Source: an uncultured Chloroflexia bacterium (GTDB lineage: Bacteria; Chloroflexota; Limnocylindria; Limnocylindrales; CSP1-4). Taken from it: DNA of 64,000 nt. Shown here one piece after another: positions 9,239-18,524 of the stretch (positions are counted from its first letter, which is position 1; every line of letters begins with the position of its first letter). The stretch spans positions 480,001 to 544,000 of the forward strand of contig CAVTHS010000008.1 of assembly GCA_963734535.1 (NCBI GenBank), written 5' to 3'. The notes under the pieces are model-generated. The model ran no database searches, was not told where the DNA came from, and saw only the letters and a list, made by a program, of their open reading frames with translations. Position numbers and translations under genes: made by a program.

Positions 9239-10804
9239 ATGCCCATCCGTCGGCGCGTGCCCCGGCCAGTCGCGTTCATCGTCGGTCTCATCGCGGTCGT
9301 GCTGGTCCTGCCCAACATCTCGCTGGCCGCGACTCCCGTCCCGAGACCGGCGAGGTCCGCCGTCTTCAGCGTGACCGGGCAGGCGCGGGATCAGCAGACC
9401 CTGCTCCGGTACGCCCGCGCAACCTGGGCGTCATTCGTCGCAATGACAGATCCGAAGAGCGGCCTGCCGGCCGACAGCCTCTCGTCGGACGGCACGACCA
9501 GCGTCCAGACGTCCACGACGAACATCGGCGCCTACCTGTGGAGCACCGTTGTCGCCGACAGGCTCGGGATCATCACCCACGCCGACGCGGTGAAGCGTCT
9601 CAGGCGAACGCTCGCCTCGCTCGAGACGATGGAGCGCTACTGGCCCGGCGGCCAGTACTACAACTGGTACGACCACACGACGGGTGCCAAGCTCACACTC
9701 TGGCCGCCGACCGGCCTGCCGATCAACCCGCCGAATGGCCCGATCCTGTCGTCCGTCGACAACGGCTGGCTCGCCACCGGCCTGCAGGTCGTGGCGAACA
9801 GCGTCCCGGAGGTCGCGGCGCGCGCCGGGGCGCTCTTCGACAGCATGGACTTCGGCTTCTACTACCGGCCGGCCGTCAACCGGATTGCCTTCTTCTATGC
9901 GCCCGGCAACGGTGCATCGGACTGCTGCTACGACACGATCGTGAGCGAGAGCCGGATCTCGAGCTACATCGGGATCGCCACGGGGAAGATCCCCCCGAAG
10001 GAGTACTACGGCTCCTGGCGGACGTTCCCGGACACCTGTGACTGGAGCTGGCAGGAGACGAAGCCGATCGGCGTCACGCGGACGTATCTCGGCGTGAGCG
10101 TCTTCGAGGGGGCCTACCCGTACGACGGGATGCGCATCGTCCCGGGCTGGGGCGGCAGCATGTTCGAGGCGCTCATGCCGGACCTCTTCGTGCCCGAGGA
10201 CCAATGGGGGCCGAAGAGCTGGGCGATCAACCATCCCCTCACCGTGGCCGCCCAGATCCACCACGGGCTCGTGGACGCCGGCTACGGCTACTGGGGCTTC
10301 TCCCCTGCCAACATCCCCGAGGGCGGCTATCACGAGTACGGCGTCGATGCGCTCGGACTGAACCCCAGCGGCTATCCCTCGAACGAGGACGGCACGTTCG
10401 TCGATCCGGGCTTCGCAGGCTGTCCCGGTCGCGACCCGGCGCCGGACCCGAAACCGAAGGCCTACACCAACGGCGTGGTCACCCCTCACGCATCGTTCCT
10501 CGCCCTGCGCTTCGCGCCAGCCGCCGCGATCGCGAACCTGGCCAGGCTCGAGCGCAACTTCGCGATCTACGACAAATGGGGCTTCCACGACTCGGTGAAC
10601 GTGGGGACGGGGAGGGTCTCGGACTCGTACCTGTCGCTCGACCAGGGCATCATCATGGCTGCGATCGGTAACGCGCTTGGTGGCGACATGCTGCGCCGCG
10701 CGTTCGCGACCCGGCAGTTCCAGCGGGCGCTGGAGCCGGTGATCTCCATCGAGCAGTTCAACGCCAGCGCGGGCGACCGCGTCACCCAGCTCGTCCTCCC
10801 GTAG
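9239..10804 (+). CDS. secreted GH144-like (glucoamylase/DUF3131 family) probable endo-beta-1,2-glucanase
   Basis: signal peptide; TSTTNIG-Y, YNWYD, SSVDNGWL, SESRI-SY, WGGSMFEALMP, WGFSP, VVTPHASFL, YLSLDQG; GGAGG RBS. Confidence 0.8.
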   Translation: MPIRRRVPRPVAFIVGLIAVVLVLPNISLAATPVPRPARSAVFSVTGQARDQQTLLRYARATWASFVAMTDPKSGLPADSLSSDGTTSVQTSTTNIGAYLWSTVVADRLGIITHADAVKRLRRTLASLETMERYWPGGQYYNWYDHTTGAKLTLWPPTGLPINPPNGPILSSVDNGWLATGLQVVANSVPEVAARAGALFDSMDFGFYYRPAVNRIAFFYAPGNGASDCCYDTIVSESRISSYIGIATGKIPPKEYYGSWRTFPDTCDWSWQETKPIGVTRTYLGVSVFEGAYPYDGMRIVPGWGGSMFEALMPDLFVPEDQWGPKSWAINHPLTVAAQIHHGLVDAGYGYWGFSPANIPEGGYHEYGVDALGLNPSGYPSNEDGTFVDPGFAGCPGRDPAPDPKPKAYTNGVVTPHASFLALRFAPAAAIANLARLERNFAIYDKWGFHDSVNVGTGRVSDSYLSLDQGIIMAAIGNALGGDMLRRAFATRQFQRALEPVISIEQFNASAGDRVTQLVLP

Positions 10805-10816
10805 CGCCTCGCTCAG

Positions 10817-12787
10817 ATGCCGAGGCACCGTCTCCCTCGCCGGCCGGAGGGCAACACCGCCCCGGGCCCGGATTCCGCGACTGGCGCGCTTCCCGAGGGC
10901 CTGGGGCCATCGGCCAGCTCGGCCCGCATCGCCTGGTTCGCCACGCTCGGGGCACGAACCGAGCGCGACCGGCCGGCGCCGCCCATCTCGCTTCCGCCGC
11001 CTGGGCACGTTCGGGCCGTGCGCGGGCGCGGCCAGGTGACGATCGACTGGTCGCCGGTGGCGGGCGCGGCCGGCTACCTGGTCCACTTCGGCTCGTCGGC
11101 CGACGGCCCGTTCGAGCCGATCGACCAGGGCGGCGGCGACGTCCTCGCCGTCCCCCACGGACCGTACCTCGACACGACGCGCCGGCCGCACGGGAAGGCA
11201 AAGGCGCGGGGACGGGCGTGGTATGCCGTCTCGAGCCTGCCGACGATCGAGGCGGAGGGAGGCGCGCTCTCGACGCCCGTCCGACCCCGAAAGGGCCCGG
11301 CCGACGCGGCCGTCACGATCCGCGTGAACGCGAGCCAGGCCATCGGGCCCGTCGCGAAACCCTGGCGCCCGATCATCGGCTCGGAGCACCTCGCCATGCT
11401 GCTCCGGGGGCCGGGACCTGGCGGCCACGACGTCGGCGCAGAGCTGGCCGAGGCGTTCCGGATCGCTCGTCGCGAGCTCGGCACGGAGGCCGTGCGGGCG
11501 CACGCCATCCTCGACGACTCGCTCGCGGTCTACCGAGACGCGGGCGACCGGGCCGACCACGACTTCTCGACGGTTGACCAGGTCCTGGACCGGCTGCTCG
11601 AGACCGGCGTCCGGCCGATCGTCGAGCTCTCGTTCATGCCGCGCGACCTCGCGGCCGAGCCCGGGAAGACCGTGTTCGACTACGGCGCGATCATCTCGCA
11701 GCCGCACGACCTCGGTCGGTGGGCCGCCCTCGTGCGCGACCTCGCCGCCCACCTGGCCGATCGATACGGCCACGAGGAGGTGCGCCGCTGGGCATTCGAA
11801 GTCTGGAACGAGCCGAACCTCTGCGTCTTCTGGGCCGGCGCCGAGTCCGACTACCTCCAGCTCTACGACGCGAGCGTCCGGGCCGTGAAGTCCGTTGACC
11901 AGGGATTCCGCGTCGGCGGCCCGGCGACCGCGGCCGCGGGCTGGATCGACGATCTGCTCGAGCATTGTCGGGCGAACGACGTCCCCATCGACTTCATCTC
12001 CACCCACACGTACGGCCTTCCGCCGCTGGATCTCCGGCCGGTCACCGCCCGCTTCGGAACGCCCGACATGCCGCTGTGGTGGACGGAGTGGGGCGTCAGC
12101 CCGCGAGATGGCGCTGCGATCAACGACAGCGCCTGGGCCGCGCCGCTCGTCGCGCGGGGCATGCGTTCGGCCGCCGGCCGGCTCGAGGCGCTCGCCTACT
12201 GGGTCGCGTCGGACCACTTCGTCGAGGGCGGCGACGCACCGAGGCTCTTCCACGGCGGGTTCGGCCTGCTCACGATCGGCAACCTCCGCAAGCCCCGATT
12301 CTGGGCGATCGCGATGCTCGACCGGCTCGGCCAGGACGAGCTTGCGTGCGACCTCGAGGGGGACGGCGCGGGCTCGCTGGTGGAAGCGTGGGCCTCCCGC
12401 GACCCCGACGGCAGGATCGCGATCGCCCTCTGGAACGGGACGCTCGACCAGTCCCGGGGCGCGGTGGTGCGGACGCTCCGTCGGTCGGTCACCCTCCGGG
12501 TCGACGGGCTGCGACCGGGCCGGTACGAGCTCCGGCACCGCCGGGTTGACGCCCGGCACTCGAACATCGCCCGGACCTGGAAGCGACTCGGGCGGCCCGA
12601 CTGGCCCGACGACGCGGGCTGGGCGCGTCTCCGCGCGGCCGACCATCTCGAGACCATCGGGAAGAAGCACACCGTTCGCGCCAAGCGGGGACGCCTGACC
12701 CTGGAGCTCGAGCTGCCGATGCCGGCGATCTCGCTCGTCGAGCTCGTCCCGATCAAGCGCTGGAGCGACCGTGTCGCTGGTCGCTGA
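10817..12787 (+). CDS. GH39 glycoside hydrolase with N-terminal FN3-like domain
   Basis: VRAH-IL-DD, VELSFMP--LA, FEVWNEPN (acid/base), RVGGP, DFISTH-Y, WTEW (nucleophile), FHGGFGL. Confidence 0.85.
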   Translation: MPRHRLPRRPEGNTAPGPDSATGALPEGLGPSASSARIAWFATLGARTERDRPAPPISLPPPGHVRAVRGRGQVTIDWSPVAGAAGYLVHFGSSADGPFEPIDQGGGDVLAVPHGPYLDTTRRPHGKAKARGRAWYAVSSLPTIEAEGGALSTPVRPRKGPADAAVTIRVNASQAIGPVAKPWRPIIGSEHLAMLLRGPGPGGHDVGAELAEAFRIARRELGTEAVRAHAILDDSLAVYRDAGDRADHDFSTVDQVLDRLLETGVRPIVELSFMPRDLAAEPGKTVFDYGAIISQPHDLGRWAALVRDLAAHLADRYGHEEVRRWAFEVWNEPNLCVFWAGAESDYLQLYDASVRAVKSVDQGFRVGGPATAAAGWIDDLLEHCRANDVPIDFISTHTYGLPPLDLRPVTARFGTPDMPLWWTEWGVSPRDGAAINDSAWAAPLVARGMRSAAGRLEALAYWVASDHFVEGGDAPRLFHGGFGLLTIGNLRKPRFWAIAMLDRLGQDELACDLEGDGAGSLVEAWASRDPDGRIAIALWNGTLDQSRGAVVRTLRRSVTLRVDGLRPGRYELRHRRVDARHSNIARTWKRLGRPDWPDDAGWARLRAADHLETIGKKHTVRAKRGRLTLELELPMPAISLVELVPIKRWSDRVAGR

Positions 12788-15700
12788 GCCGCGAGCACCG
12801 GTTGCCGAGGCGCGACCGAGGGTCGCCGACCGACGGCGCACGGGGGACCCGCGCCCGCCCATGGCCGCCGAGCTGCGAAATCGGTCGGGCCTCTCCATCG
12901 AGCTCCTCGAGAACGGCGCGGTCTTCGCGATCCGCCACCGCGAGATCCTGGTCAGCCAGGTGCTCGGGAGCCCCGTCGAGGGCGGCCTCGGCAACATCTA
13001 CCTCCGTCGCCGGACACCCGACGGCATCACCGCCTTCCCGTTGCTGGGGCCCGCAGCGCCGGGCAGCTTCCGGGCGTCCCGCCACGGCGCGGTCTGGGCG
13101 GGATCGGTGGACGGGCTCGACTACTCGTGCACGCTGCGTCTCGCAGCGCACCAGCCGACATGGTTCTGGACCCTGCGGCTCGCCAACGCCACCACCCGGC
13201 GCCTGCGCCTCGACGCCGTGCTCGCCCAGGACCTGGGGATCGCGAACAAGGCCGCGGTTCGGAGCAGCGAGCTGTACACCAGCCAGTACATCGATCACAC
13301 GATCCTCGAGGACGAGGGCCTCGGGTTCCTGGTCTGCTCGCGACAGAACCTTCCCCAGGGCGACGCGTATCCGTGGATCATGCACGGCTGCCTCGATGGC
13401 GCGGTCGGGTACCTGACCGACGGGTTCCAGCTCTACGGCCTCGGCTACCGGGCAACGAACGTTCCGGCTGCCCTCGTCCGCCCGAAGCTGCCGAACCGGA
13501 ACTACCAGCACGAGTTCGCGCTGCCGACGCTCCAGTCGGCGAGGCTGTCGCTCGCGCCCGGGGGGATCGGCGAGATCACGTTCTTCGCTGCCTTCGAACC
13601 GGACCACCCGGACGCCACGAGCGCCGCAGACGCGGGACGCGTCATCGCGGCCCGGGCCGCGTTTGCGAGCCGTCGCTCCGGCACGATCCCCCGGACACCG
13701 CGTCCCCGCCCGGCCGGCCTCTTCGATTCTCCGGTCATGTTCGAGAGCGAGGATCTCGGGGAGGCCGATCTCGAACGCTACTTCGGGCCGGAGTGGCGTC
13801 ACGTGGAGAAGCGCGACGGGACGCTCCTCTCGTTCTTCCACGGACGCCAGCAGCACGTCGTGCTCAGGGCGAAGGAGCTCCTCGTGGAGCGACCGACCGG
13901 GCACATCATGCAGTCCGGGCGGAACCTGTTCCCGAGCGATGACATCCTGTCCGCCACGGCCTGGATGTGCGGCGTCTTCGGCTCCCAGGTCACGATCGGC
14001 AACACGTCGTTCAACAAGCTCCTGGGCGCGTGTCGCAATCCGCTCAACGTGCTCAAGACCAGCGGCCAGCGCATCTTCGTGAAGGCCGAGCGGGGCTGGG
14101 AGCTGCTGGGCCTCCCGTCGGCATTCGAGATGGGACCGACGAGCGCACGCTGGATCTACCGGGGCGGGCGGACGACCATCTCCATCCGCGTCGCCGTCGC
14201 GCTCGACGCGCCTGCCTGCCGCCTGGCCGTGGAGGTCGAGCGCGGCGGCCCGCTCGAGCTTCTCATCAGCCACGACGTGGTCCTCGGCTCGAACGAGCAC
14301 GACGCGAAGGGACAGGTGATCACGGACGCGGCCGCCGGATTCGTCGAGCTGCGACCCGCGCCCGACGGGCAGCTCAGCCGGCACTATCCCGCGGCGACCT
14401 TCTTCATCGTCTCTCCGGACGCGGAGCAGATCGAGGTGATGGGCGGGGACGAGCTCCTCCGAGATGGCGAGGTTGATCGCGGCGGATCACACGTCGTCGT
14501 GAAGACCAGGCCCGTCTCGCGCTTCTCGCTCGTCCTCACCGGCAGCATCCTGGGCCGGGAGCGGGCCGCCGAGCTGGCGACGGAGTACGGCCACGAACCG
14601 GACCCAGGACCGGACCTGGACGGCGACGCGAACGACTCCTCGTCGGTCGTGGGGCGGCGGGCGGTGCTCGGAGGCGCAACCGGGCGGTGCGCCGACGACC
14701 TGGCGCGCCTCGACGACGTGCTGCGCTGGTACGTCCACGACGCGATGATCCACTACACCACTCCGCACGGGCTCGAGCAGTCGAACGGGGCGGCGATGGG
14801 CCTGCGCGACGTCTGCCAGGGCCCCGTGGAGCTCCTGGTCGCGACGCGAAACCTGCGACCGCTGCGCGACCTGATCCGGCTCATCTACGAGCACCAGGAC
14901 AGGCGGACCGGCGACTGGCCGCAGTGGTTCATGTTCGACCGGTACCGCGAGGTGCGGGCCGACGGCAGCCACGCCGACATCATCCACTGGCCGATCAAGG
15001 CGCTGTGCGATTACGTGGAGGCGTCGGGCGACCTCTCGATCCTCGACGAGCAGGTCGCCTGGACGGATGCCCGGACGAAGACGGTATCAGCCGAGACCGA
15101 GACGATCCTCGCCCACACGGAGCGGCAGATCGCCCGGATCGAGGACGACTGCATCCCGGGCACGGCGCTCCCGGTCTTCGCCGGGGGCGACTGGGAGGAC
15201 ACGCTCCAGCCGGCCGACCCGGCGATGGCCCTGCGGCTGGTCAGTGCCTGGACCGTCGAGCTCGCCTACCAGACGCTCGGCCGGTATCGAGCGGTCTGCG
15301 CCCGGGCGGGACGGGGTGCAGTCGTGGAACGTCTTGCCGGCATCTGCGGGCGGATGCGGTCGGACTTCAACCGCCACCTCGTCCCCGGCGGCGTGGTCGC
15401 CGGGCTGGCCTGGTTCGGCCCGGACGGCGTCGAGTACTTCCTCCACCCGCGCGATCGCAGGACCGGCGTTTCGTATCGGCTGCTGCCGATGACGCGGGGA
15501 ATCATCAGCGGGATGTTCAGCCCAGAGCAGGCCCGCCGGCATGTCGCGCTGATCGAGCGCCATCTCTCGTTCCCGGACGGCGTGCGGCTGATGAACCGGC
15601 CGATGGACTATCACGGCGGCACGTCGCGCATCTTCAAGCGCGCCGAGAGCGCGGCGTGCTTCGGGCGGGAGGTCGGGCTCCAGTATGTCCACGCCCACAT

Positions 15701-16262
15701 TCGCTACGTCGAGGCGATGGCGCGGATCGGCCGGCCCGACGAGGCGTTCCGGGGCCTCCTGGCCGTCTGCCCGATCCTGCCCGACCTCGACGTGCCAGCG
15801 GCCCTCCCCCGCCAGGGCAACGCCTACTTCAGCAGCTCCGATGCCGCGTTCATGGACCGCCGCCAGGCGAGCCGCCAGTTCGGCCGCATCCGGACCGGGC
15901 GGGTGGGAGTCCGGGGTGGGTGGCGCGTCTACTCCAGTGGACCCGGCATCTGGATCAACCAGGTGATCTCGAATGTGCTGGGCGTGCGAACCTCGTTCGA
16001 CGACGTGGTGCTCGACCCGGTGCTTCCCCGGCGAGCCGACGGGTTGACCTTCGACTTCGAGTACGAAGGCCGCCCGGTCCGCTACCTCTACCACGTCGCC
16101 GGAGATGGGTTCTCGCCCCGGGAGGTCCGCGTCAACGGCCGGCCAGTGCAAGGCGGCCGGTACGCGGAGAATCCCTATCGACCGGGCGGCATGCTCATCG
16201 CGAAATCCTCCTTCGGGGCGGGGCTCGATCGCCACGAGAACCTGGTCGAGATCTTCGTCTGA
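12771..16262 (+). CDS. GH94 phosphorylase, 1,2-beta-oligoglucan phosphorylase (SOGP)-like; start may be 12861
   Basis: Y-SQYIDH, SRQN-PQ, IHY--PHGLEQ--GAA-G-RDVCQGP-E, WPQWFMFD, SH-DII-WP, GDWEDTLQP, GLQYVHAHIRY, YFSSSD, GWRVYSSGPGI. Confidence 0.85.
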   Translation: MSLVAEPRAPVAEARPRVADRRRTGDPRPPMAAELRNRSGLSIELLENGAVFAIRHREILVSQVLGSPVEGGLGNIYLRRRTPDGITAFPLLGPAAPGSFRASRHGAVWAGSVDGLDYSCTLRLAAHQPTWFWTLRLANATTRRLRLDAVLAQDLGIANKAAVRSSELYTSQYIDHTILEDEGLGFLVCSRQNLPQGDAYPWIMHGCLDGAVGYLTDGFQLYGLGYRATNVPAALVRPKLPNRNYQHEFALPTLQSARLSLAPGGIGEITFFAAFEPDHPDATSAADAGRVIAARAAFASRRSGTIPRTPRPRPAGLFDSPVMFESEDLGEADLERYFGPEWRHVEKRDGTLLSFFHGRQQHVVLRAKELLVERPTGHIMQSGRNLFPSDDILSATAWMCGVFGSQVTIGNTSFNKLLGACRNPLNVLKTSGQRIFVKAERGWELLGLPSAFEMGPTSARWIYRGGRTTISIRVAVALDAPACRLAVEVERGGPLELLISHDVVLGSNEHDAKGQVITDAAAGFVELRPAPDGQLSRHYPAATFFIVSPDAEQIEVMGGDELLRDGEVDRGGSHVVVKTRPVSRFSLVLTGSILGRERAAELATEYGHEPDPGPDLDGDANDSSSVVGRRAVLGGATGRCADDLARLDDVLRWYVHDAMIHYTTPHGLEQSNGAAMGLRDVCQGPVELLVATRNLRPLRDLIRLIYEHQDRRTGDWPQWFMFDRYREVRADGSHADIIHWPIKALCDYVEASGDLSILDEQVAWTDARTKTVSAETETILAHTERQIARIEDDCIPGTALPVFAGGDWEDTLQPADPAMALRLVSAWTVELAYQTLGRYRAVCARAGRGAVVERLAGICGRMRSDFNRHLVPGGVVAGLAWFGPDGVEYFLHPRDRRTGVSYRLLPMTRGIISGMFSPEQARRHVALIERHLSFPDGVRLMNRPMDYHGGTSRIFKRAESAACFGREVGLQYVHAHIRYVEAMARIGRPDEAFRGLLAVCPILPDLDVPAALPRQGNAYFSSSDAAFMDRRQASRQFGRIRTGRVGVRGGWRVYSSGPGIWINQVISNVLGVRTSFDDVVLDPVLPRRADGLTFDFEYEGRPVRYLYHVAGDGFSPREVRVNGRPVQGGRYAENPYRPGGMLIAKSSFGAGLDRHENLVEIFV

Positions 16263-16454
16263 ACGCGGGGGCTGCAGCGCGGCCGCGCGGCCGTCCTCGG
16301 TCCACGACGAATCCCCCAGTTGGGGCATGCCGCATCCCCCGGGCAGGGTCTTCACGCCACGCGCGATCCCTGCGGAAATAGGCGCAGCCGCCGACGATCC
16401 GGGCGCCCGGGCGACCGGGGCCGTCAGGCACCTGGCAACGGGGAGGCACCCCCC

Positions 16455-16661
16455 ATGGTCACGCCATTCGAGCCGATCCCGAACCCCGCCCTGCGCCGTC
16501 GCGCAGCGTCCGCATTCGGCATTCCCGTCGTCTGCACGGATTGCCGCCGACCCTTCGACCCGGCCGATCCGCACCGCCGCCTGCAGACCCTCCAGGACCA
16601 GCTCGCGCTGTGCAGTCAGTGCACCTGGCACCTGGAGCACCCGGACGAGGCGCGCGGCTGA
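16455..16661 (+). CDS. 68-aa putative zinc-binding protein (CxxC...CxxC)
   Basis: GGAGG RBS at 16442; CTDC and CSQC motifs. Confidence 0.6.
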   Translation: MVTPFEPIPNPALRRRAASAFGIPVVCTDCRRPFDPADPHRRLQTLQDQLALCSQCTWHLEHPDEARG

Positions 16662-16782
16662 CGTCCTCCGCGGTCTTCCCGGTTGAGCCTCTGGCGCGGG
16701 TTGCCCGCGGATCTCCGACGCACGCACCCGCCCTGTCGTCGACGACGATCGCCGACGACCGGGGACGAGGTCGCCCGGGTCC

Positions 16783-17073
16783 TCAGTAGGTCCTGCTCTC
16801 GACGACGTCGACGATGCGCGCCCGCGGCGTGCCGCCCAGGACCAGTGCTGCCTGGGGCGACCGCCAGAGGTCCTCGAGCCCGACCTTGAACGCTTCGGCC
16901 TCACCGCGGCTGTCGAACTCCAGGTCCACCCCGATGAACCTCGCGTCGTCGACCGGCCGGTAGACCTGGTACCGCTGGACCCCGCCGGCGTCCCGGCGCG
17001 CCGCTTCGCGGTCGAAGGCAGCCTTCCAGGCCTCGAAATCGCGGACGGGATGTTCGATCTGCAGGACGGGCAT
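16783..17073 (-). CDS. small dimeric alpha/beta-barrel (ABM/cyclase-like) protein
   Basis: H-V-DFEAWK-AFD...R--GV--YQVYRP-DD family pattern; divergent from TetR. Confidence 0.7.
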   Translation of the reverse strand: MPVLQIEHPVRDFEAWKAAFDREAARRDAGGVQRYQVYRPVDDARFIGVDLEFDSRGEAEAFKVGLEDLWRSPQAALVLGGTPRARIVDVVESRTY

Positions 17074-17102
17074 GGCGGTTCCCCCGGTTGGTGGACTGGT
17101 GA

Positions 17103-17138
17103 ATACAGTGAGACTGTATCAATACTGTGATACTGTAC
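17103..17138. promoter_or_regulatory. TetR-type operator: perfect palindrome ATACAGT-GAG-ACTGTAT plus a degenerate second copy
   Basis: AT-rich inverted repeat 17103-17119 and ATACTGTGATACTGTAC 17122-17138 between divergent genes. Confidence 0.75.
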
Positions 17139-17142
17139 TTAC

Positions 17143-17880
17143 ATGACAGATCCTGTCAAGCCACCGCGCCCCGTCGACTTTCCGCGGCGTCGCGAACGGG
17201 CGCGGGCGACCCGCCTTCGCGTGCTCGAGGCCGCCCGTGCGCTCTTCGTGGAGCGCGGCTACGTCGCGACGACGATCGATGCGATCGCCGAGCGCGCGGA
17301 CGTGTCTCCCGAGACGGTCTACTCGAGGTTCGGCAACAAGCGAACGATCCTCTCGGACCTCGTGGACGTCTCGATCGCCGGCGACGATGTCGCGGCGCCG
17401 GTCCTCGAGCGGGAATGGGTGCGGGAGATGCGCGACCAGCCCGATCCCCACCACCGCCTCCGGATGCTCGCCGGGGGCGGGAGTTCGATCCTCGAGCGCC
17501 GCGCGGCCGTGGACGAGGTCGTCAGCGGCGCCGCAGCGGCCGATCCGGACATCGCCGCGCTCCGCCGGGCCGGCAAGACCCAGCGCCACGCGGGCCAGCG
17601 GGAGCTGCTGCGGATGGTGGTCGGTGCCGGCGGCCTGCGGGAGGGCCTGGACCTGGAGACCGCGGCCGACATCCTGTATGCCATTGGGAGCCCCGAGACG
17701 TATCAGCTCCTGGTCACGGACCGCGGCTGGAGCCCCGCCCGGTTCGAGGCCTGGTACGGCGAGACGCTGGACCGCCTGCTGCTATCGCCGGAAGATCACC
17801 CCGATCAGGCCCCTCAGGAATCCGAGCGCGGCAGCCAGCGCCACCAGGACGACAAGGCCCACGACCAGCAGCGGCCATAG
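17143..17880 (+). CDS. TetR/AcrR family transcriptional regulator
   Basis: AARALFVERGY-ATTI-AIA-RADVS-ETVY--FGNK HTH. Confidence 0.9.
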   Translation: MTDPVKPPRPVDFPRRRERARATRLRVLEAARALFVERGYVATTIDAIAERADVSPETVYSRFGNKRTILSDLVDVSIAGDDVAAPVLEREWVREMRDQPDPHHRLRMLAGGGSSILERRAAVDEVVSGAAAADPDIAALRRAGKTQRHAGQRELLRMVVGAGGLREGLDLETAADILYAIGSPETYQLLVTDRGWSPARFEAWYGETLDRLLLSPEDHPDQAPQESERGSQRHQDDKAHDQQRP

Positions 17881-17943
17881 CGGGAGCGGAACCAGGACGA
17901 ACAGCAGGACGACGAGGAGCCCGACGATCAGGCAACCGCACAT
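17782..17943 (-). CDS. 53-aa two-helix membrane protein (not in ORF track)
   Basis: MCGCLIVGLLVVLLFVLVPLPLWPLLVVGLVVLVALAAALGFLRGLIGVIFRR; overlaps the TetR tail antisense. Confidence 0.55.
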   Translation of the reverse strand: MCGCLIVGLLVVLLFVLVPLPLWPLLVVGLVVLVALAAALGFLRGLIGVIFRR

Positions 17944-18107
17944 GGCTACGTGCTCCGGTCCAGTGCCGGTCGTCGGATCATCGCATCACGCTCGCCGGTC
18001 ATCATGCCGCGCCACTTGGCGGCGAACTCGGTCGGGGTCATGCGTCGAAATGTACGGCAGTGCAGGTCCGGCACCGAGTGGCGGGCCGCGTCGCCGGCAC
18101 CGGGGAG

Positions 18108-18392
18108 TCAGGGGCGGACGGTGAGGCAGCGACAGCCGAGCGTTGCCAGGTCTCCCGCCGCGAGGGCGGCCCGATATGCCTGGATCGTGGTCGCGGCGCA
18201 GTAGTGCTCCCGGATCTCGATGAGCAGGTTCCTTACCGTCGCCGCGGCGATGCCGGTGGTCGCGGCGGTGAGCTCGTAGGTGCCTGCTTCCGAGTAGGCA
18301 TCGAGGACGGCAAGCTGTCGCATCGTCGGCTCGTTCGGTCGGATGGTCGCCGCGGCCGGGGCGCACGCGATGAGACGGGGTTGCTTTCGCAT
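18108..18392 (-). CDS. stand-alone LuxR-like helix-turn-helix protein
   Basis: PT-RQL-VL---SE-GTY---A---GI---TVRN-L--IR pattern. Confidence 0.55.
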   Translation of the reverse strand: MRKQPRLIACAPAAATIRPNEPTMRQLAVLDAYSEAGTYELTAATTGIAAATVRNLLIEIREHYCAATTIQAYRAALAAGDLATLGCRCLTVRP

Positions 18393-18428
18393 TGCCGCGC
18401 CACGGTAGACCTGTCCGGATGGCATGTC

Positions 18429-18447
18429 ATGACGGCCCTTCATCACG
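18429..18447. promoter_or_regulatory. putative operator (copy 3) upstream of response regulator
   Basis: ATGACGGCCCTTCATCACG; GTCATGACGGCCC identical to 5248-5260; CATAAT -10-like box at 18482. Confidence 0.45.
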
Positions 18448-18524
18448 GCGCTGATGGGGCCCGGTCATCGGCCGGACCCGCCATAATGGCAAGACCCTCG
18501 CTCGCAACGTGGAGGTGAGTCGCG

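Noticed and set aside
9431-12997. Very long antisense ORFs (1188 aa here; also 58292-61714, 5878-7572 and others)
   Set aside because: Shadow frames of well-supported genes in high-GC DNA; Arg/Pro/Gly-rich with no motifs.
16262-16450. ZTP or c-di-GMP riboswitch upstream of the small Cys protein
   Set aside because: Conserved core nucleotides not found.
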